NCBI RefSeq assembly: GCF_009914755.1
Contig: NC_060935.1
Length of the DNA: 64,000 bases
From: the human T2T-CHM13v2.0 reference genome, Homo sapiens
Strand: one strand, 5' to 3'
The notes beneath the pieces were generated by a model that saw nothing but the letters and a program-made list of their open reading frames with translations, searched no databases and was not told where the DNA came from. Below are positions 30,770 through 46,989 of this stretch, piece by piece (within the stretch, counting starts at the first letter, position 1; each line of letters opens with the position of its first letter). Position numbers and translations under genes: made by a program.

Positions 30770-31033
30770 GCCTGGGCATAGTGGCTCACACCTGTAATCC
30801 CAGCACTCTGAGAGGCTGAGGTTGGAGAATCACTTGAGCGCACGAGTTTGAGACCACCCCTGGAAACACAGTAATAACTCTCTCTCTACAAATAATATTA
30901 ATAATTTTATAAGTGGACATGTTGGAGCATGCCTGTAGTTACAGCTACTCGGGTGACTGAGGAGGGAGGACCACTTGATCCTGAGAGGTCAAGGCTTCAG
31001 TGAGCCATGGTTGCACCACTGTAGTTCAGCCTG
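30770..31033 (+). mobile_element. AluJ lacking 3' end/tail
   Basis: Diverged Alu ending at CAGCCTG. Confidence 0.82.
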
Positions 31034-31611
31034 AATGAGTATATGAAACAAAGGTTAGCAGTGGTAATTTCTGGGTCGGTAGAATTATGAATGTCTATAT
31101 ATACCTTTTACTTGCCTACATTTTCTGTAAAGCATGATAATTAGGGTAAAAATTGCAGAGTTCAAAAATCTGGATTTAAATTAGTTTTTGTTACTCCTTA
31201 GAGTTCCAAGATCTAAGCTCATTGTTAACCTGTCTGATGCTGTTTTCTCATGTTCAAAATGAATTAGTAATAATTCCCATCTAATAAGAAGATGGGTACA
31301 CATCAAATGAGGTATGTTGTGGTGGTACCAAGCACTATTTGTTGCCAGTGCATAATCTATCTTAAATAAGAATAGTCATTATTATTTCCATGTGGTTATA
31401 TATTAATTTTATGAAATGAGTAAACACTGTATTTATTTTGAAAAATAAATAACTATACAAAATAGTTATTTAGTTCATAGGAGATATAGCTAATAATAGG
31501 AAACCGATGATACAAATATAGCCCTGGTTTTATTACTTCTTTAACTGAAAGCCTAGTTGGCCAGAGATATAATAAATGGAATGGCTATACAGTGGTAAGA
31601 AAAGCTGTAAA

Positions 31612-31890
31612 AGCCGGATGCGGTGCCTCATGCCTGTAATCCCAGCACTTTGGGAGGCCGATGGGGGTGGATCACCTGCAGTCAGGAGTTCGAGACCAGC
31701 CTGGCCAACGTGGTGAAACCTCCTCTCTACTAAAAATACAAAAATTAGCTGGGTGTGGTGGTGGGCGCCTGTAATCTCAGCTACTCAGGAAGCTGAGGCA
31801 GGGGAATTGCTGGAACCCTGGAGGTGGAGGTTACAGTGAGCTAAGATCATGCCATTTACTCCGGCCTGTTGTGACAACAGTGTGACTCTG
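31612..31890 (+). mobile_element. AluS
   Basis: Dimeric Alu; tail expanded into purine repeat. Confidence 0.9.
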
Positions 31891-31951
31891 AAGAAAATGA
31901 AAGAAAGAAAGAAAGAAAGAAAGAAGGAGAGAAAGAAAGAAAGAGAAAAAG

Positions 31952-32014
<63 letters not shown>

Positions 32015-32082
32015 AGCAGGCAAGCAAGGAAGGAAGGAAAGAAAGAAAGAAACAAAGAAAGAGAGAGAGAAAGAAAGAAGGA

Positions 32083-32126
<44 letters not shown>

Positions 32127-32236
32127 GAAAGAAAGAAAGAAGGGAGGAAGGGAGGGAAGGAGGGAAGGAAGGAAGGAGGAAAGGAAGGAAGAAAGGAAGG
32201 AAGAAAGGAAGGAAAAAGGAAGGAAAGGAAGGAGGG
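31891..32236. repeat. ~345-bp compound (GAAA)n/(GGAA)n polypurine tract
   Basis: Direct reading; very few pyrimidine interruptions. Confidence 0.97.
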
Positions 32237-32842
32237 TCATAAAAAGGTTTCAAGGAGGATTCCTAAAGGAAGCTTAACCAGCTGCACAACTTTCTCAAGA
32301 ATGGCTGTCCCTTTGTTTTGTACATGGCTGATCATTTGACCAGCCATTATCTGAGTTTTCTGAAATTATTCAGGTATCTTGATTTTTTTTTTGAGATCTT
32401 TTCTCTCACATGTTGATAGATCCCTAATGGGTCTTCATTGCACTAATTATCTCATTGTGAATAGAATAAATAATTACAATAATATTATCTTGGATTATTT
32501 TTTCCCATTGCAAAAACTGTTAGTTTTGATCACTTTAAAAAGTTCATGTTCCTGCCTTACAGCTGTAGTAAAACCTCTGGCAGCAATTGGAAAAAAATAA
32601 TAAAAATGACAATTTGTCTGTGTCTCAACAAACCAAGTAGTCAGTAAAAAAGCAACTGAAGGAAACTAAAAAATCTTCTCATTATATCACCACATAATCA
32701 TGACATGCGAGCTAAACATAATGCCTTACGTCTGGAGGGACAAAGACGATGTGTGGAGGATGATCATGTGGTTGTACAGAAAACAGAATTGTTGGATTTC
32801 TTCTCATTTGCATCATCTAGTTTGTATTCTATTAGAGGGTGA

Positions 32843-32960
32843 TGTATTAGTTTCCTATTGCTGCTGTAACAAAAAACAACTGAACTTATTATTTTATAAT
32901 TCTGGAGCTTGGAAGTCCAAAATCAGTTTCACTGGGAGGAAATCAAGATGTTGGAGGTAA
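32843..32960 (-). mobile_element. MLT1 LTR fragment
   Basis: TGTATTAGTTTCCTATTGCTGCTGTAACAAA...TTCTGGAG...GAAGTCCAAAATC. Confidence 0.65.
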
Positions 32961-35035
32961 TGGCTTCACCTAAAATTTCTGAAGAAAAAATCACTTGATT
33001 AGACAGAAATGTGGGGAGGATTTGGGACTGGGCTTATAAATTTAGGAGTCACTAATTTTGATCATTCCAGGTACTTTTTACTTAAAGGGCCTATCACTAT
33101 TTTCCTTTTCAAATCTCTTTATCAATTGTAAAGTTGCTGATCTACAAATTAAAGGTGTTTATCCACATTATAATACTCAGCTTTGGCTTCATAAAATTCT
33201 GATTCTTTATAAACTTTGCTATTACATGTAATACTCTATTTACTTTGTATTTGGCTCATTCTGTCAGAAATTTGCCAAAACAGAAAATCAGAAAGATGTA
33301 AGGTGGTAAAAACAGTGATTTGACATGGAAGAATATGTTTTAGGATTAAGTAGAAAAGGCTAATTTAAGTGATGCGTTTATTAGTGCCATTTTCCAGACA
33401 GGGAGAGTTTTGCTTCACTGTAACCCTGAAACTTTAGAAACTTCAGAATAAATATGTATAATAGAATTACTCCCTAAAGTATTGATATACTAATGCATAA
33501 ATTCAACATTTATTTATTCAAAAATATTTATTGGCCTTTTGTTAATAGGTAACACTAATTGTAGTGTTAGGTATATAGTTGTAAAAAACATAAACAAAAG
33601 TCCTTCCCCTCATGGGGGCTACATTCTAACGGAGTAGATTTAAATTTAAATAAGTAAAAAATGAAATATGTTAAATATATTAGAAATGGCTAAGTTAAAA
33701 TATATATAAATACAAATATGTATCAATAGTCTTCTTGATATATACATATCAAGCATATATAGTATAAAATATTAGAAAGTGGATACCATTTTATATAAAG
33801 TACCATGAAACACTAAGCAGGCGACTTTTGAGTACAGACCTGAAGAAAACTCACTCTACTTTTGTTAACTAATATTACATTATATTCCTTTATGTTGTAT
33901 GACATTATATTAATGGTTTATTTCTGTGCTGTTTCTTTGTTTTTTCCACTAGAAGTAAGTTCCATGAAAGATGAGAAAATTTATCTGGTTTTCTTTTTTA
34001 GCCACGTATCCCTCTATCTGAATCATGCTTGGAACATGTAGCTAGCTTAGTAACTGTGTATTAAGAGAATTAATAAATAAATACATTTATTTAACAATTA
34101 TCATAAATGGTCATGGTAATTGCCTTCAAAATGCCCACTGGTGAAACACTCTACACACGCAGGCTTCAAAGTAACACACCTTAGACTAGGAACAGAAAAA
34201 TGGTCTAAATCTTATTTTAAAGATTTAAACTGAAATTTAGATCTGTAACATTTAAATTATAGAGATAGAAAAATAGTTAAGCTCTTAAATTGACCAGAAC
34301 ATTCTACTTTCATGTTAAGAAGAAAATAAAAAGTCAAGGTGTGTAGACAATTCAGCTGTATCATTCAAATTTTAAAAATAAAGAAAATAGTGATAGTAAT
34401 ATTGTATATAAAAATCATAAGCATATGCAATTGTTTCAATATTCAAATTTAATTGAAAAATTTAAATATTCAATTATATTATTTTCTGTGACAGTCATTT
34501 TTCCACCTTATGCATTTATTTAGTCATTCAGTATGTATTTGTTCTGCATTAGAACCCCAAGTAATGTCCAAATAATGTTATCTTTACCTTCCAAATCTTT
34601 TAGCCATGGAAGCGTAAAGACAAAGGCAGGAGTTAAAGAGACAGCCTAGGAATGAATAAAATGTAAGGTCATATATAAAATGCCAATATAGAAATTTAGT
34701 TGATGTATTTCATAGAATGCAATTCATTTTCAATTTCCAACTGAGATTCTCCTAAAGGTGTCACTTGTAGTGTAACATATTGTGTTGTGTCTTTAATCTT
34801 ATTGAACTGCTTAAAGCCATTTCATTTAGCCTCAAAACAGTTTCCATATTTTAGAAATTATGCCTTTTCTACTTGTCTTTCTGTGGCAAAAATATTCACT
34901 CAATCTTTCATAAAAAGTCTAATGCCTTAGTATTATTATTTTCAGAAACAAATTTATTAATAATTATTATAAACAGAAGTTATTTAGATAAATCCCTCTG
35001 GACATTGATCTTTCTTGTTTAAAAATTCTCAATAA

Positions 35036-35790
<755 letters not shown>

Positions 35791-37887
35791 CAAAGGTATG
35801 TTGTTAATCAGGATGGTAAAATCTTGACTTTGGAGAATGTCAACAGAACTGACATTTTGATTTTTTTTAAATAAAGGAGTTGAGTGGGTATGGCAGCCAG
35901 TTTCTCATAACTGATAGACTGTCCTGTATCAAAAACCTCTAACTTGGTCACTGTGTCCCCAAAAGTCAAAGTGAGGAAGTAAGTGGAAACCATAAAGAAA
36001 TGGATTTCAGTTCCATATTAGATAGGATTTGTGTTCAGGCCATAAAAAGTAGAGGACATTTCTTCAGGGGCATAAAATGGCCAGTAGTCAGTAGAAATGT
36101 GTTTAGGACATTTGAACCATAGACAGTAAGGACCCAGCCTGCCATTAATGCTGCTAATGCCATGAATTGTCAGTGAATGGCAGTAGCATTTGCGTAACTT
36201 CTCTGAAGAAAGAAATTATCTGGGTCTTACACTCCTAAGCCCCACCCAGTATTAATCAGAATTTATAAGAGAAATATCTGATAATCTACATATTTAATAC
36301 ATGTCCAGGTTATTCTAATCTTCAAGGGGAGATTGGGAGACTCTGAAGTAAATGATACAAAAATGATTGATACTCAATTTTATTAATGAAGCAGATCAAA
36401 GGGGACAGCACAATTTGGCAAAGGTTTTAATAGAGAGACGTAGAGCTGTATTTAGAAAAATAAACCTAAAAAGGGAGAGAAAAGAGGAAAAGCATTTCAG
36501 GAGTCTTGAACTGAGGAATGATTATGGTATATTCAAAGATCGGTATTTTAGTTTTTACAGTTTCTTGTCTTAAAAACATTTAAAGAGTGATGATAAGAAA
36601 CGGACATGACCTCTCCTATCTAGAAATGTAAATATAAAAGGTAAGTACACCAAATGAAATAAGCAAATAAAATGCTGCCTTTATAGAACACATTCAGAAC
36701 TTCCGAAGAAAAACTGGAGTTACTGACTGAAGCAAGCTTGATAATGTAGAAGAATAAGTAACATAGTGTGAAACATATGTGTTTATAGGAGTAAATAAAA
36801 TATCACTTTAGATGACTGTAGCACTTGGTATATATTAAGGAAATCATGAATAGTGTTTGCTTAGCTAGAATAAAGAAATTTACCTTGGTGCTTATACAAG
36901 ATGAGACAAATAAGCAAAGAGGTTGAAAACAGGAAGGGATAAGTGTCTATTATTTAAAAATTCAATTTAATTCAACAGTTATTTATATAGTAAGCAACTA
37001 CTCTCATCCTGGCACTGCATAACATGTCAGCAGAGGAAGGAGATTTTGTTATATTGTAACATTTATGTACTCCTGAACTTGAAAGTATCAGAAAAATGAA
37101 TACTGATTTTAGGTGATAATGACCATGATTGTGGGCTGCAAGATTGGAAAGAGTCCCTGTAATTTAATCATATTGTTCTGGCACACCTTGTAGATGCATC
37201 TCTTGAACAAATAATTCATTGCTTCTGACACATGGGTTGCACCAGCACAGGAAAACTGACGTGTAAAATACAGCAACCACTTAGAAAACTCAGATCATTG
37301 ATATTATTGTCATAGAATATGTTTCTTCCCTATATTATTATGACTTTTAATTTTTATTGATCACTTTCATGTGATTATTTTTATATGAACTGCTTTATCA
37401 AATCTACGCTGAACTGAGTTACATATAGTTATGAACTGGAATCAGCATCACCAATATTGATAACAGAAGTAAGGATATAGCTTAGAAATGACCCATAAAG
37501 GGAATCAAAGAGAACTCAACAATTCCAAATGAAAAGCTGCCAGCTCTGTGTAGTAATTTCTACTTTCCCTTCTGATCTGATACTATATCTGGAACGAGAC
37601 TTAATAGACCCAAAATGCATAACTTCTGGAAAGTGTTATTTTATATATATATAAAGATATTTCATTAGCTATATTTATTAAAGGTAGCATTTAGTTGTGT
37701 CTCTCTTAAGGAATCTATTAATAATTTTTTACTTAGGACATGAGAATAGAGGGATAAAGAAAACATGCTCCCTCACCTCAAGAATTTCATAATCTAGTAA
37801 AAGTCTACTATAAATGCTAATAACTAAAAATCTCACAAATTCCTTCGGTTAATAAATATTGAATATTAAACACGTGATTAGTATGTT

Positions 37888-38364
37888 TGTTAGGCAGAAT
37901 AATGTCCCTTCAATGATATGTATGTTGTAATCCTCAAAACCTGTGAATATGTTACATTGCATGGCAAAATGACTTTGCAGATGCTTAAATTAAAGATATG
38001 GATTTAGGCAGATTATCCTGCATTCTCCAGGTGGGCTGAATATAATCACATAAGGGTCCTAAAAGTAAAAGAATATCAGAATCAGACAGAGAGACTTAAA
38101 GATGCCTCGCTGCTGACGCTGAATACAGAAGAACAGGTCATGAGTCAAGGAATGTGAGCTACCTCTCAAAGTTGGAAAATACAAAGAAATGGATTCTTTT
38201 GCAGAGACTCCAGAAGGAATACCTCCCTGATGACAACTTTATTTTAGCCTAGTAACACCAATTTTAGATATCTGACCTCTGGAACTGCAATATAATAAAT
38301 TCATGTTGTTCTTAAGCCACTATATTTGTGGTAATTTGTTGTAACAGTAATAGGAAAACAATAG
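37888..38364 (+). mobile_element. MLT1C/D MaLR LTR
   Basis: GGCAGAATAATG...AACCTGTGAATATGTTAC...ACTTTGCAGATG...TTTGTGGTAATTTGTTGTAACAGTAATAGGAAAAC. Confidence 0.85.
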
Positions 38365-41300
38365 AGTTAGAGACCTATTTCTGCCTTCATGGAGTAAACT
38401 TGATAGTAGGGGTTACAGGCAAGTGACTGAAAATGTAGCAGCCAGTTACAAATTCTGAGCTACATTAGTCCTCAGAAAATAAATGTTTGAACTGGGTCTT
38501 AAAGAATACCTATGAGTTTGTCAGATTACAAACAACGGAAAATACATTTCAGGCAAAAAACAATTAAATGGATTGAAAAACTGACAGTAGAGTAAGGGAA
38601 TACAACAGCTTCATAAAATGTCAAAAATTCAATGCAATATAAGGCAAGAAGTGGTGAGAAAAAAAAAGTATCACTCCTCAACTCCAGGGCTTGTTCACTT
38701 TGCAACCTATGCGAACGTCTGTACACGGCACACCTTACAAAGACCACAGTGCACAAGCGGCCTCTAGTTGGGAACTGAGGATGCTGGTGAACAGGCAAAT
38801 TGGCCCCAGGCTGAGAAGAGTATTGAATGCCACTCCATATAATGTGGATCTATTTCATAATCATTAGAATCTTACACATGATTTTTTAAAGAAGTAAGTG
38901 TCATTAACCAATCTACGTTCAGAAAGATATCACAGATGAAAGGAGTGATTCAGTACAGAATGACGGATGTACTGTAAGTTCCTGCGAATAAAGGTCCATA
39001 CAATAATTACCTCTGATATACACATTAAATGCAATATAAATAAGTAATTATATGGGGGAACATAAAGATATGCCATCAAGATTTTTCAATCTCCCAAGCA
39101 ATACTTTTTGAACTTAATTACTTGGTGGCATAAACCTCTTTTTCCATTTCTAGTTAAGTAGAGTATTAAGGCAGTAAATGGAATGGTTTTCACCCCTTAA
39201 AATACTTCTTCATATATGAATTACTTTGCTTTATGTATCTGTTTTGCTTTATATGGGAATATAAAATTATCAGAATGAAACCAACAACTATTTTGCTGTG
39301 ATTTTTATTGACATTTTATACTCATTAGAGTATAGGTCATATCAAACTGTCAAATGCTTCACTGATTTTTTATTCTTTCCTTTGGTTTACATTTCTCCTT
39401 CTTGATCTCCACTGGAATAACTGCTAGTTCCTTGCCTAGAGGTGGCACAATTCACCAGATAAAGCACCAGCTGATACCCAGGGGTACCAAAGATTTGTTT
39501 TGGCTCAACTTACTTAACACTTTATCTTGTTCTCCTGTTCTTAAAAATAAGAACTGAAGTACTAACCTTTATAACCTTACAGGAATATTCAATCCTTTGA
39601 AAAAAAAAAAGGTAGTGATAGAGAAAGGAAAATTCCAACATAATTAGACTTAATACTATTTTTCTGTTATGTAACCATGAGATTTTTAAAGAAGAAAAGA
39701 AAGTATTCTTATCTGGATGGCTAAAGAACAAGAAGAAGAACTTTGTGGGAAACACAGATTACCATTTTATTTTGGTAACTTTGTGGTGGTACTCTTCCTC
39801 AGTACAAAAAGAGAAGTGAACATGATATCAGAGTGTCTTAAAATTATGAAGTTCTGTAAGAGTCTGAAAGCATTTTTCTATTCTATTTCATATGCATCTG
39901 ACCCGTACTAGAATGTAGTGTATAGTCTATAACATAATTATTCAAAAATATGAGAAGAATATTATTAAAAATTAAAGCAAGTAATAAAATGGACAAACCA
40001 TGGAAAATAGGCAAATTGGTTAAAATATCTAAAAAGGAGCAAATTTAGTAATTCCCAAAGCACTTTTTCACAGGGTGTTCAGAGATATTACATGAAAAAT
40101 GAAGCTCATAATGAAAAACGATTAAGAAGTGCTGAGGAAATTTAAGTTAAACATGCTTCTTTGTGTTAAATGGACCCAGAATCACTAATAGATTAATGTG
40201 CATCCAAAAAAAGGATACGTTTTCTGGCAGTCACTGACTTCCTTTGACTGCAAAATATTTTGGTTTTTATCCCAACCCAGTATTTAAGATACTATTGTCA
40301 CATGGACTATGCATTGAAAAGTGCTTGTTTAGAGAAGAGCACGCAACATTTCAAAAGTACATGTAAAGAATAATGACGTCAATTATCAGTGGTCTCTGCT
40401 TATATCTCCAGGAATTCAAAAAACAGTAAGTGAGAGTCAATTAAGTAAGAGACCATTTAAGTTAGACAAAAGGACAAGTTCTCAGAGGGGAGCTAGTTTG
40501 AACAAAATGAACATTTGGAGGTAGGTAGAATTTACTGCATTAAGTGCAAGGAAGAATAGAATATGACGTTCAAATTATCTCTTATTTTGTGGTTGCATTG
40601 ATAATAGCCACTATCAACATTTGCAAAGCTGCAAAAGCTGTTAGATTATGAAAATAATAAATTTCAATTATAATGGAAATACATTCACAATATAAAATGA
40701 ATTACTAAAGATAAGAATACTCTGTCTGCTTTTAAGAGCCCTGCAGGTAAGGATAATAATAATAATATATTTTAAAAATTAAAATTAAAAAGCCAATAGT
40801 TTCCCTAAAAGTGATTAAATGATATAATTTGTTTTGTGGTGGTGGTGATGAAATTTGAGCAGAAATAGTGAAAATCAAGGAGCAAATGCAAATATGAGGT
40901 ACCAAAATTGGTAGGATCAAAATGATGAGAAAAGTAAGACATGGTTCAGTTTGACTAAAGGCATTTTTCAGCAGATTTCTTTCTTTGGGTAAGTTTAAAG
41001 AGACCGAAGTGGGCAAATTATGATGTGCTTCACTGAGAAAATAAGAATGATAGAGGCTTATATTTTACCGATTATTTTAGGAGCAAGTGAATATAGTGCT
41101 CCAACCTAAAGATAAGTAAATGGATTTTTTGGACAGACATCAGAGCTCAAGAGTTCAGCTATTTATGAAAACCTCATACTTGAGTTTTAGATTTTAGGCA
41201 TATTTTGGCATTTAAAAGAATGTTTAAATAAATACACAATAAAATAAGGGTGAGTTAATTGTATTTCTAAAAGAAAGTTAAACTGTTAAACTTGAGTCTA

Positions 41301-41929
41301 CCTGTGCTCATAAACATGCATTAGAAGAAATTTATAAGACATGTGTTACAAGGTATAAGAAAAAAAGGAAAAGAAGCACAGAATATGAAAATAGTCACAT
41401 GACAAAAATCTTAAATAAATTATGATTTTCCCCAAAAGAAAAAAATGTAAGAATTATATTTTTTCACCAGGAAAAAAATCAAAACAAAATCATTTTTTCA
41501 AGATTACCTAAATGTAGAGGGCCAAAAATGCTGTTGAGATACCTGAGGACATTATATAACTATACAGTTTTGTGTAATGAATGGTATAAATAAATAAATA
41601 TCCTTTTTTATATGTGTGCAATAAGACCCTATTTATATGCAAGCATATGTTTACTGAATACCAGGACCAAAGATTAACTATTACAATAAAACTCTTTCCT
41701 CAATTCTCTTTTGCCCACATTCCTTCTCACCCTAAATCAGAGCGAACACCTTACCTCTAGGATTTCTAGGCTTTTGGTCTTGAACACATATTATTTCAAT
41801 TCATTCATTCAGAAAATATGCATTTTATGTAGGGGCCAGCATGTCCTATGCATATTGTTATACAGAGGAAATTCAAAGTTAAGAAAGTCAAGGACATCTA
41901 TTCTAAAGGAGTTCATTCTATTAGCTCAA

Positions 41930-42065
41930 CAACTTTCTTGCTCTGGGACATTATTTTCCTCAATTGTAAATAGGCAAAATAATACAATCTCATAGAATTA
42001 TTATAAAGATTAAATAAAGTAATATAAATAGCACTTAGCCTATCCCACAGAGGAGTCAAGAAATG
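41930..42065 (+). mobile_element. MIR fragment
   Basis: TTTCCTCAATTGTAAA...ATAATAC...AAGATTAAATAAAGTAAT...AGCACTTAGC. Confidence 0.55.
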
Positions 42066-42376
42066 CTGCTTGGATTCCATATTAGACACATTATATTCCA
42101 TCTACTATAAAGTTTGCTATATTGGTAGACAGTAGATCTACTGCCAAAGGTATTTATTCATTTTTATTTTGTTTGGATGGATTTTCTCCTCCACTAGATT
42201 ATGATCTTTATATAGGTAGAAACTGCAATTTCCTCACATGATTTTCCTGTGACCTAGCTCAATTGTTAGACCAGAGCTGAAAGTCAATAAATTATATAGA
42301 AAGAGTAAGGAAGAAAAATCTGATATAAGGAAGGTAGGGGAAGAGTTATAAAATATGGCCATTATAGAAGAGACTA

Positions 42377-42660
42377 GTCGGGGCATGGTGGCTCATGCCT
42401 TAGTCCTAGCTACTCAGGAGACTAAGGCAGGGTTACTTGAGGCTGCGAGTATAAGAGCAGTCCTGGCAACATAGCAAGTCTCTTCTAAAAAAAAAATTAA
42501 AATTACTCAGATGTGGTGGGGTGTACTTGTAGCCCCAACTACTTCGGAGGCTGAGGCTGGAGGATTGCTTGAGCCCAGGAGCTTAGAGTGAGCTATGATC
42601 CTACTACTGCACTCCAGTCTGGGCAACAGAGTGATAGCCTGTCTTAAAAAAAAATTGAAA
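42377..42660 (+). mobile_element. AluJ
   Basis: Diverged dimeric Alu with GGAGGATTGCTTGAGCCCAGGAG. Confidence 0.85.
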
Positions 42661-45610
42661 AAGAGAGAGAGAAAGATCAAAGTATTTCAGTTAAGTAAAG
42701 GGTTTCTTGGAAAAGCTGAAAAAGTCTGCCGAAATGGTCATCAATAAAGCAAAATGTAGTCATGGAAGCAGGAGGTAGTAGAAAACATTACAATTTCTTC
42801 ATTGTATTTCTCTTCTCAGTTTGCTGCCAACATAATGATTTCTCTTCTTGCTCTCTCCTTTTTTAATTTAAAAGGCCATCTAAATGCTTTTACTCTTAGA
42901 TTTTACCTGTTTTCTTACATTTATGTTTGCCAACTGGCTCCAAAATCTTCTTTGCTCTGGTGACTTTAGAGACCAGGTGTTCTAAGTACAACCTGGAAAA
43001 CAAGTCACTGAAAATTTTTGTAACAGGCTTTGGAACAGAAAATATAAAAAAATGAGTTCAGAATTAAAATAAAGGATGTTATAAAGAGCTAGCCATATGG
43101 GAAAGTTGTCAATTATCTTTGGAAAATATAGCAAGAAAGATCAAGTAACTTCATTTTCCTTTCAATAAAGTTTAAGCTTTGATGAGTAACACCAACAGGG
43201 AAGAATCTGAACTATGCTAGGTAGGCACTGACTTAGGATATTTGTATGTACATTAATTATTTACTTCTTTAATGTAAGATTTAGAGTTCTCATTTTAATA
43301 ATTATATTTTAATTTTTTAAGATATACTTTACATTCCCTATTTTTATAAGAATGAAACTAAACTTTGGAGAAATCATGAAACTAGTGCCCAAAATTCAAG
43401 GGATTATTAATGTAGAATTCATCTACATACATCTTAATTCTCATTATATATGAGTCATTTGTTGTCTTTTGAATATCTTCTGAAGTTCCTGATTAATGAA
43501 AAAATCTAAATCTGATCTATAATAAACATTGATATTGAAATCAGACTATGTCACTTTTCTACTATAAAAATGTTCCATACATTAAGACAAAAATCTAAAC
43601 TTATTTGGATTTAAGATGCTTACCATTATTAGCTCCTGCTTCCTGTTTAGCTTTATCTTTGTTGACTTTATAGTTTTTATTTTATGTTTGAGAAATGCTA
43701 CAGTGTTATTGAAATTGTAAACCATACCTTGTACACAAGGTTGTCTCTGCATGGGAAGCCTTTTCCAAACATGTCTACTAAGAAAACTCATCCTCATCTT
43801 TCAGATACAGCATGAGAAGAAATATCCTACATTCTGCATTGTACCTTTCTTGACCTTATGAGCCAGGACAAGGCATGATTTCTTCTGTTCCCATGCTGTT
43901 CTGTCAATATCCCAATTAAAGCAATTGTACTCCTGATTTACAATGATCTTAATTCATATTAATAGAAATAGGTAAGTTTAGTTGAGTTCTCACAGGCTCT
44001 TTAACTGCATTGTTATCAGTAAGCCTTCATTACAATCCTGCATGGAAAGCTTCAGTTTACAAGATGACTCAATGAGCGAGTGGTAAACTGGAAATAAAAG
44101 CCCAAGAAAAAAGCTCAGTGTCTTTCCTATGACGTTTAAAGTGCTTGTCTGGTGTTGTTTTCCTCTAGATGAGAGACTCTTTTAATTCATGAACATGTAA
44201 TAAGTCTTAATATCCACATAACGCAACAGGTATATAACAATAAATAAAGCATGTATATACATCCATATTCATTCAAATATAAATATAATATTTTAAAAAC
44301 AGAAAAAGTCAACAATTTATAAATGAACTTGGATTTCAAAGTGGGACTATTTTAAGCACAATTTAAAGGAAAAATATTTTTTAAATACAAAGTAATGATA
44401 ACAAACTCTGGTTTCAGCTTCACTATGTAAAGTGCTTAAAGTCTTACTCCCATTCTTACTTCAAGATAAATGTAGGAAACCCGAAAACTAATAATTTTTC
44501 ACAGACCCAACAAATAATTGATGTTGCAGGACATACTCCTACTTGGAAATGAGGGAAGATAAGCATATTCAGATAGTCACAACTAAGATATCTTTTACCT
44601 GGAGCAGAAAACTCTGCCACCCTAAACTGGTACAGACACTTGAATGGTAACTGACAAATTTCTGAAGCTAAGTGTGGACTAGCATTAGAATGAGAAATTC
44701 CTATTGACTGAAGTCTTAAGAGAACTCCCACACATTTGTGACCAGGATTCCTAACCTGTTCAAATGTTGAAACTCTGGAAAAGGTTCCCTCATGATTCGG
44801 GAAGTGGAGGTAAAAACTAATCATTGTGAAATATGCTCAGAGCTTTGCCTTTTGGAAAGATTCTGACATTGTCGTATACCATTGGGAGAAATGCATTTTT
44901 GTCACTGCAGTCTCTTCTAGTCTTTTATCTCACCAGCGGGGAATAAAATACATAGTTACTGAGGTTTAGGCTGTCAGATAGATAGACTGGAGTTCTGTAG
45001 CTAGGGAGGAAGTAATGAGAATGTTTGGGGGCAGGAGGGAGAATGTTACACCACTGGAGTAACACATGTGAAGATCACAGCCCTTAGAAATAGGCCCATT
45101 AAAAGACAGATTTAATTATAAGATTGTAGAAAGCCCTCCCTTGTCATGTCACCCGCACACCAAGAGGCTTCCATTATAATAACTATGAATAACAGCTTAA
45201 AGAGTTGCAAGATACAGATTCTCTGTGATGAGTGTACTTAGAAAAGTCCAAACTGAAGATGAGAGACAAAAATGGGGCAAAAGAGAATTTTGATGTTTTA
45301 AGGTACCTATGGATATTGCAAATATTATACAGCACTACTTCTAGCCCTATAAACATAAATTTGCAAAATAAAGGCCAACTTTAATCAGTTCTTCTTTTTC
45401 TATAAAATACAACCTGTTTTCAACAAAAAGTTACAAGACATGCCAAAAGACAAGAAAATTAGTGTGGAAAAAAAAATTTGTAGAGCCAAACTCAAATATC
45501 ACACTGACTTTGGAATTAAAAGAGAAATAGTTTAAAATAACTATTAATCATATGTTAAGAACTCTCATGAAAATAATAGACAACATGCAAGAAAAGAGGA
45601 GTCATGTAAG

Positions 45611-46190
45611 TATCAGGGGCATTTGAACCAGAATGCCTCCATCTTGAACAGGTACTGGGTCAAATGAGGCTGAGACCTGCTTTGGTGCATTGCCAGGAGT
45701 TCGGCATTCTTAGTCACAAGATGTTTATGAATAAGGGAACAGATTAATATGTTTATTAAACAGACCCACACCTAAAAGACTCAGGGAATGTCCTGATGTC
45801 CTGTTATCTTAAGGGCAAAAGCATTCTTCATTTAAGAATAAGTTTCACTTTAAATAAAACCATATAGAGTCTTGTCAAAGTCAGTAGTTAAACAAAGATG
45901 AACAATACTTTGTCAGGAGTCGTTGTAATAGAACACACCTCCCCTATGTTTTTTTTTTTCGCTTTGTTATCTTATATATAAACAAGCACTAAACCTAATA
46001 AAATGGGAGCATTCCTCTTCTTGCTTTTGGGAATGCCCTGCTCTGTCCATGTAGTACCCATTATTTTGTCTCTTTACTTCTTGAATACAATTGATTTCAG
46101 TTTATTCTGTGGATGTGCCCTGGAGTATTTCTTGCATGAGATCCAAGAACTCTCTGTTGGGGTCTGGATAGGGACCTCTTTTTAATAACA
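45611..46190 (+). mobile_element. MER41C/D-like solo LTR inserted in L1M
   Basis: ATTTGAACCAGAATGCCTCCATCTTGAA...GAGATCCAAGAACTCTCTGTTGGGGTCTGGAT; perfect TSD TAAG at 45607-45610 and 46191-46194. Confidence 0.85.
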
Positions 46191-46439
46191 TAAGCAAAGA
46201 GATGAAGACTTTAAGAAAAATTCAAAAATAAATGCCAGAAAATAAAACCACTGTACAAGTGAAGAGTTCCTTTGATGAGCACCTCAGTAGACACAACAGG
46301 AGCAAAAAACAAGATTCAGCGAGCATAAAGTTAGGTCAATAGAAATTTCTCAAACTGAAATGCAAAAAGAAAGAACAAAGTAGATTTAAGAACAGTGGGA
46401 CAATTTCAAAGGGTCATAATATATACATAATTAATATTA

Positions 46440-46814
<375 letters not shown>

Positions 46815-46989
46815 TCAATATTAATGACAATCACCAAACCACAAATTCAGGAAGGCCAGAAAACAACAAACAGATTAAAAACCACTCCCCTAAAAATAAA
46901 AACAAAAGGACACACAGGAAAACATACTCAGGCCGTAGAAAATCAAAGACAATGGGAAAATTGACAGGAAAAACAATTTACTATATAAC

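Noticed and set aside
31785-32277. 140-151-aa ORFs on both strands
   Set aside because: Stop-free translations of the (GAAA)n/(GGAA)n microsatellite.
42130-42143. 14-bp perfect palindrome CAGTAGATCTACTG
   Set aside because: Several palindromes of this size are expected by chance in 64 kb.
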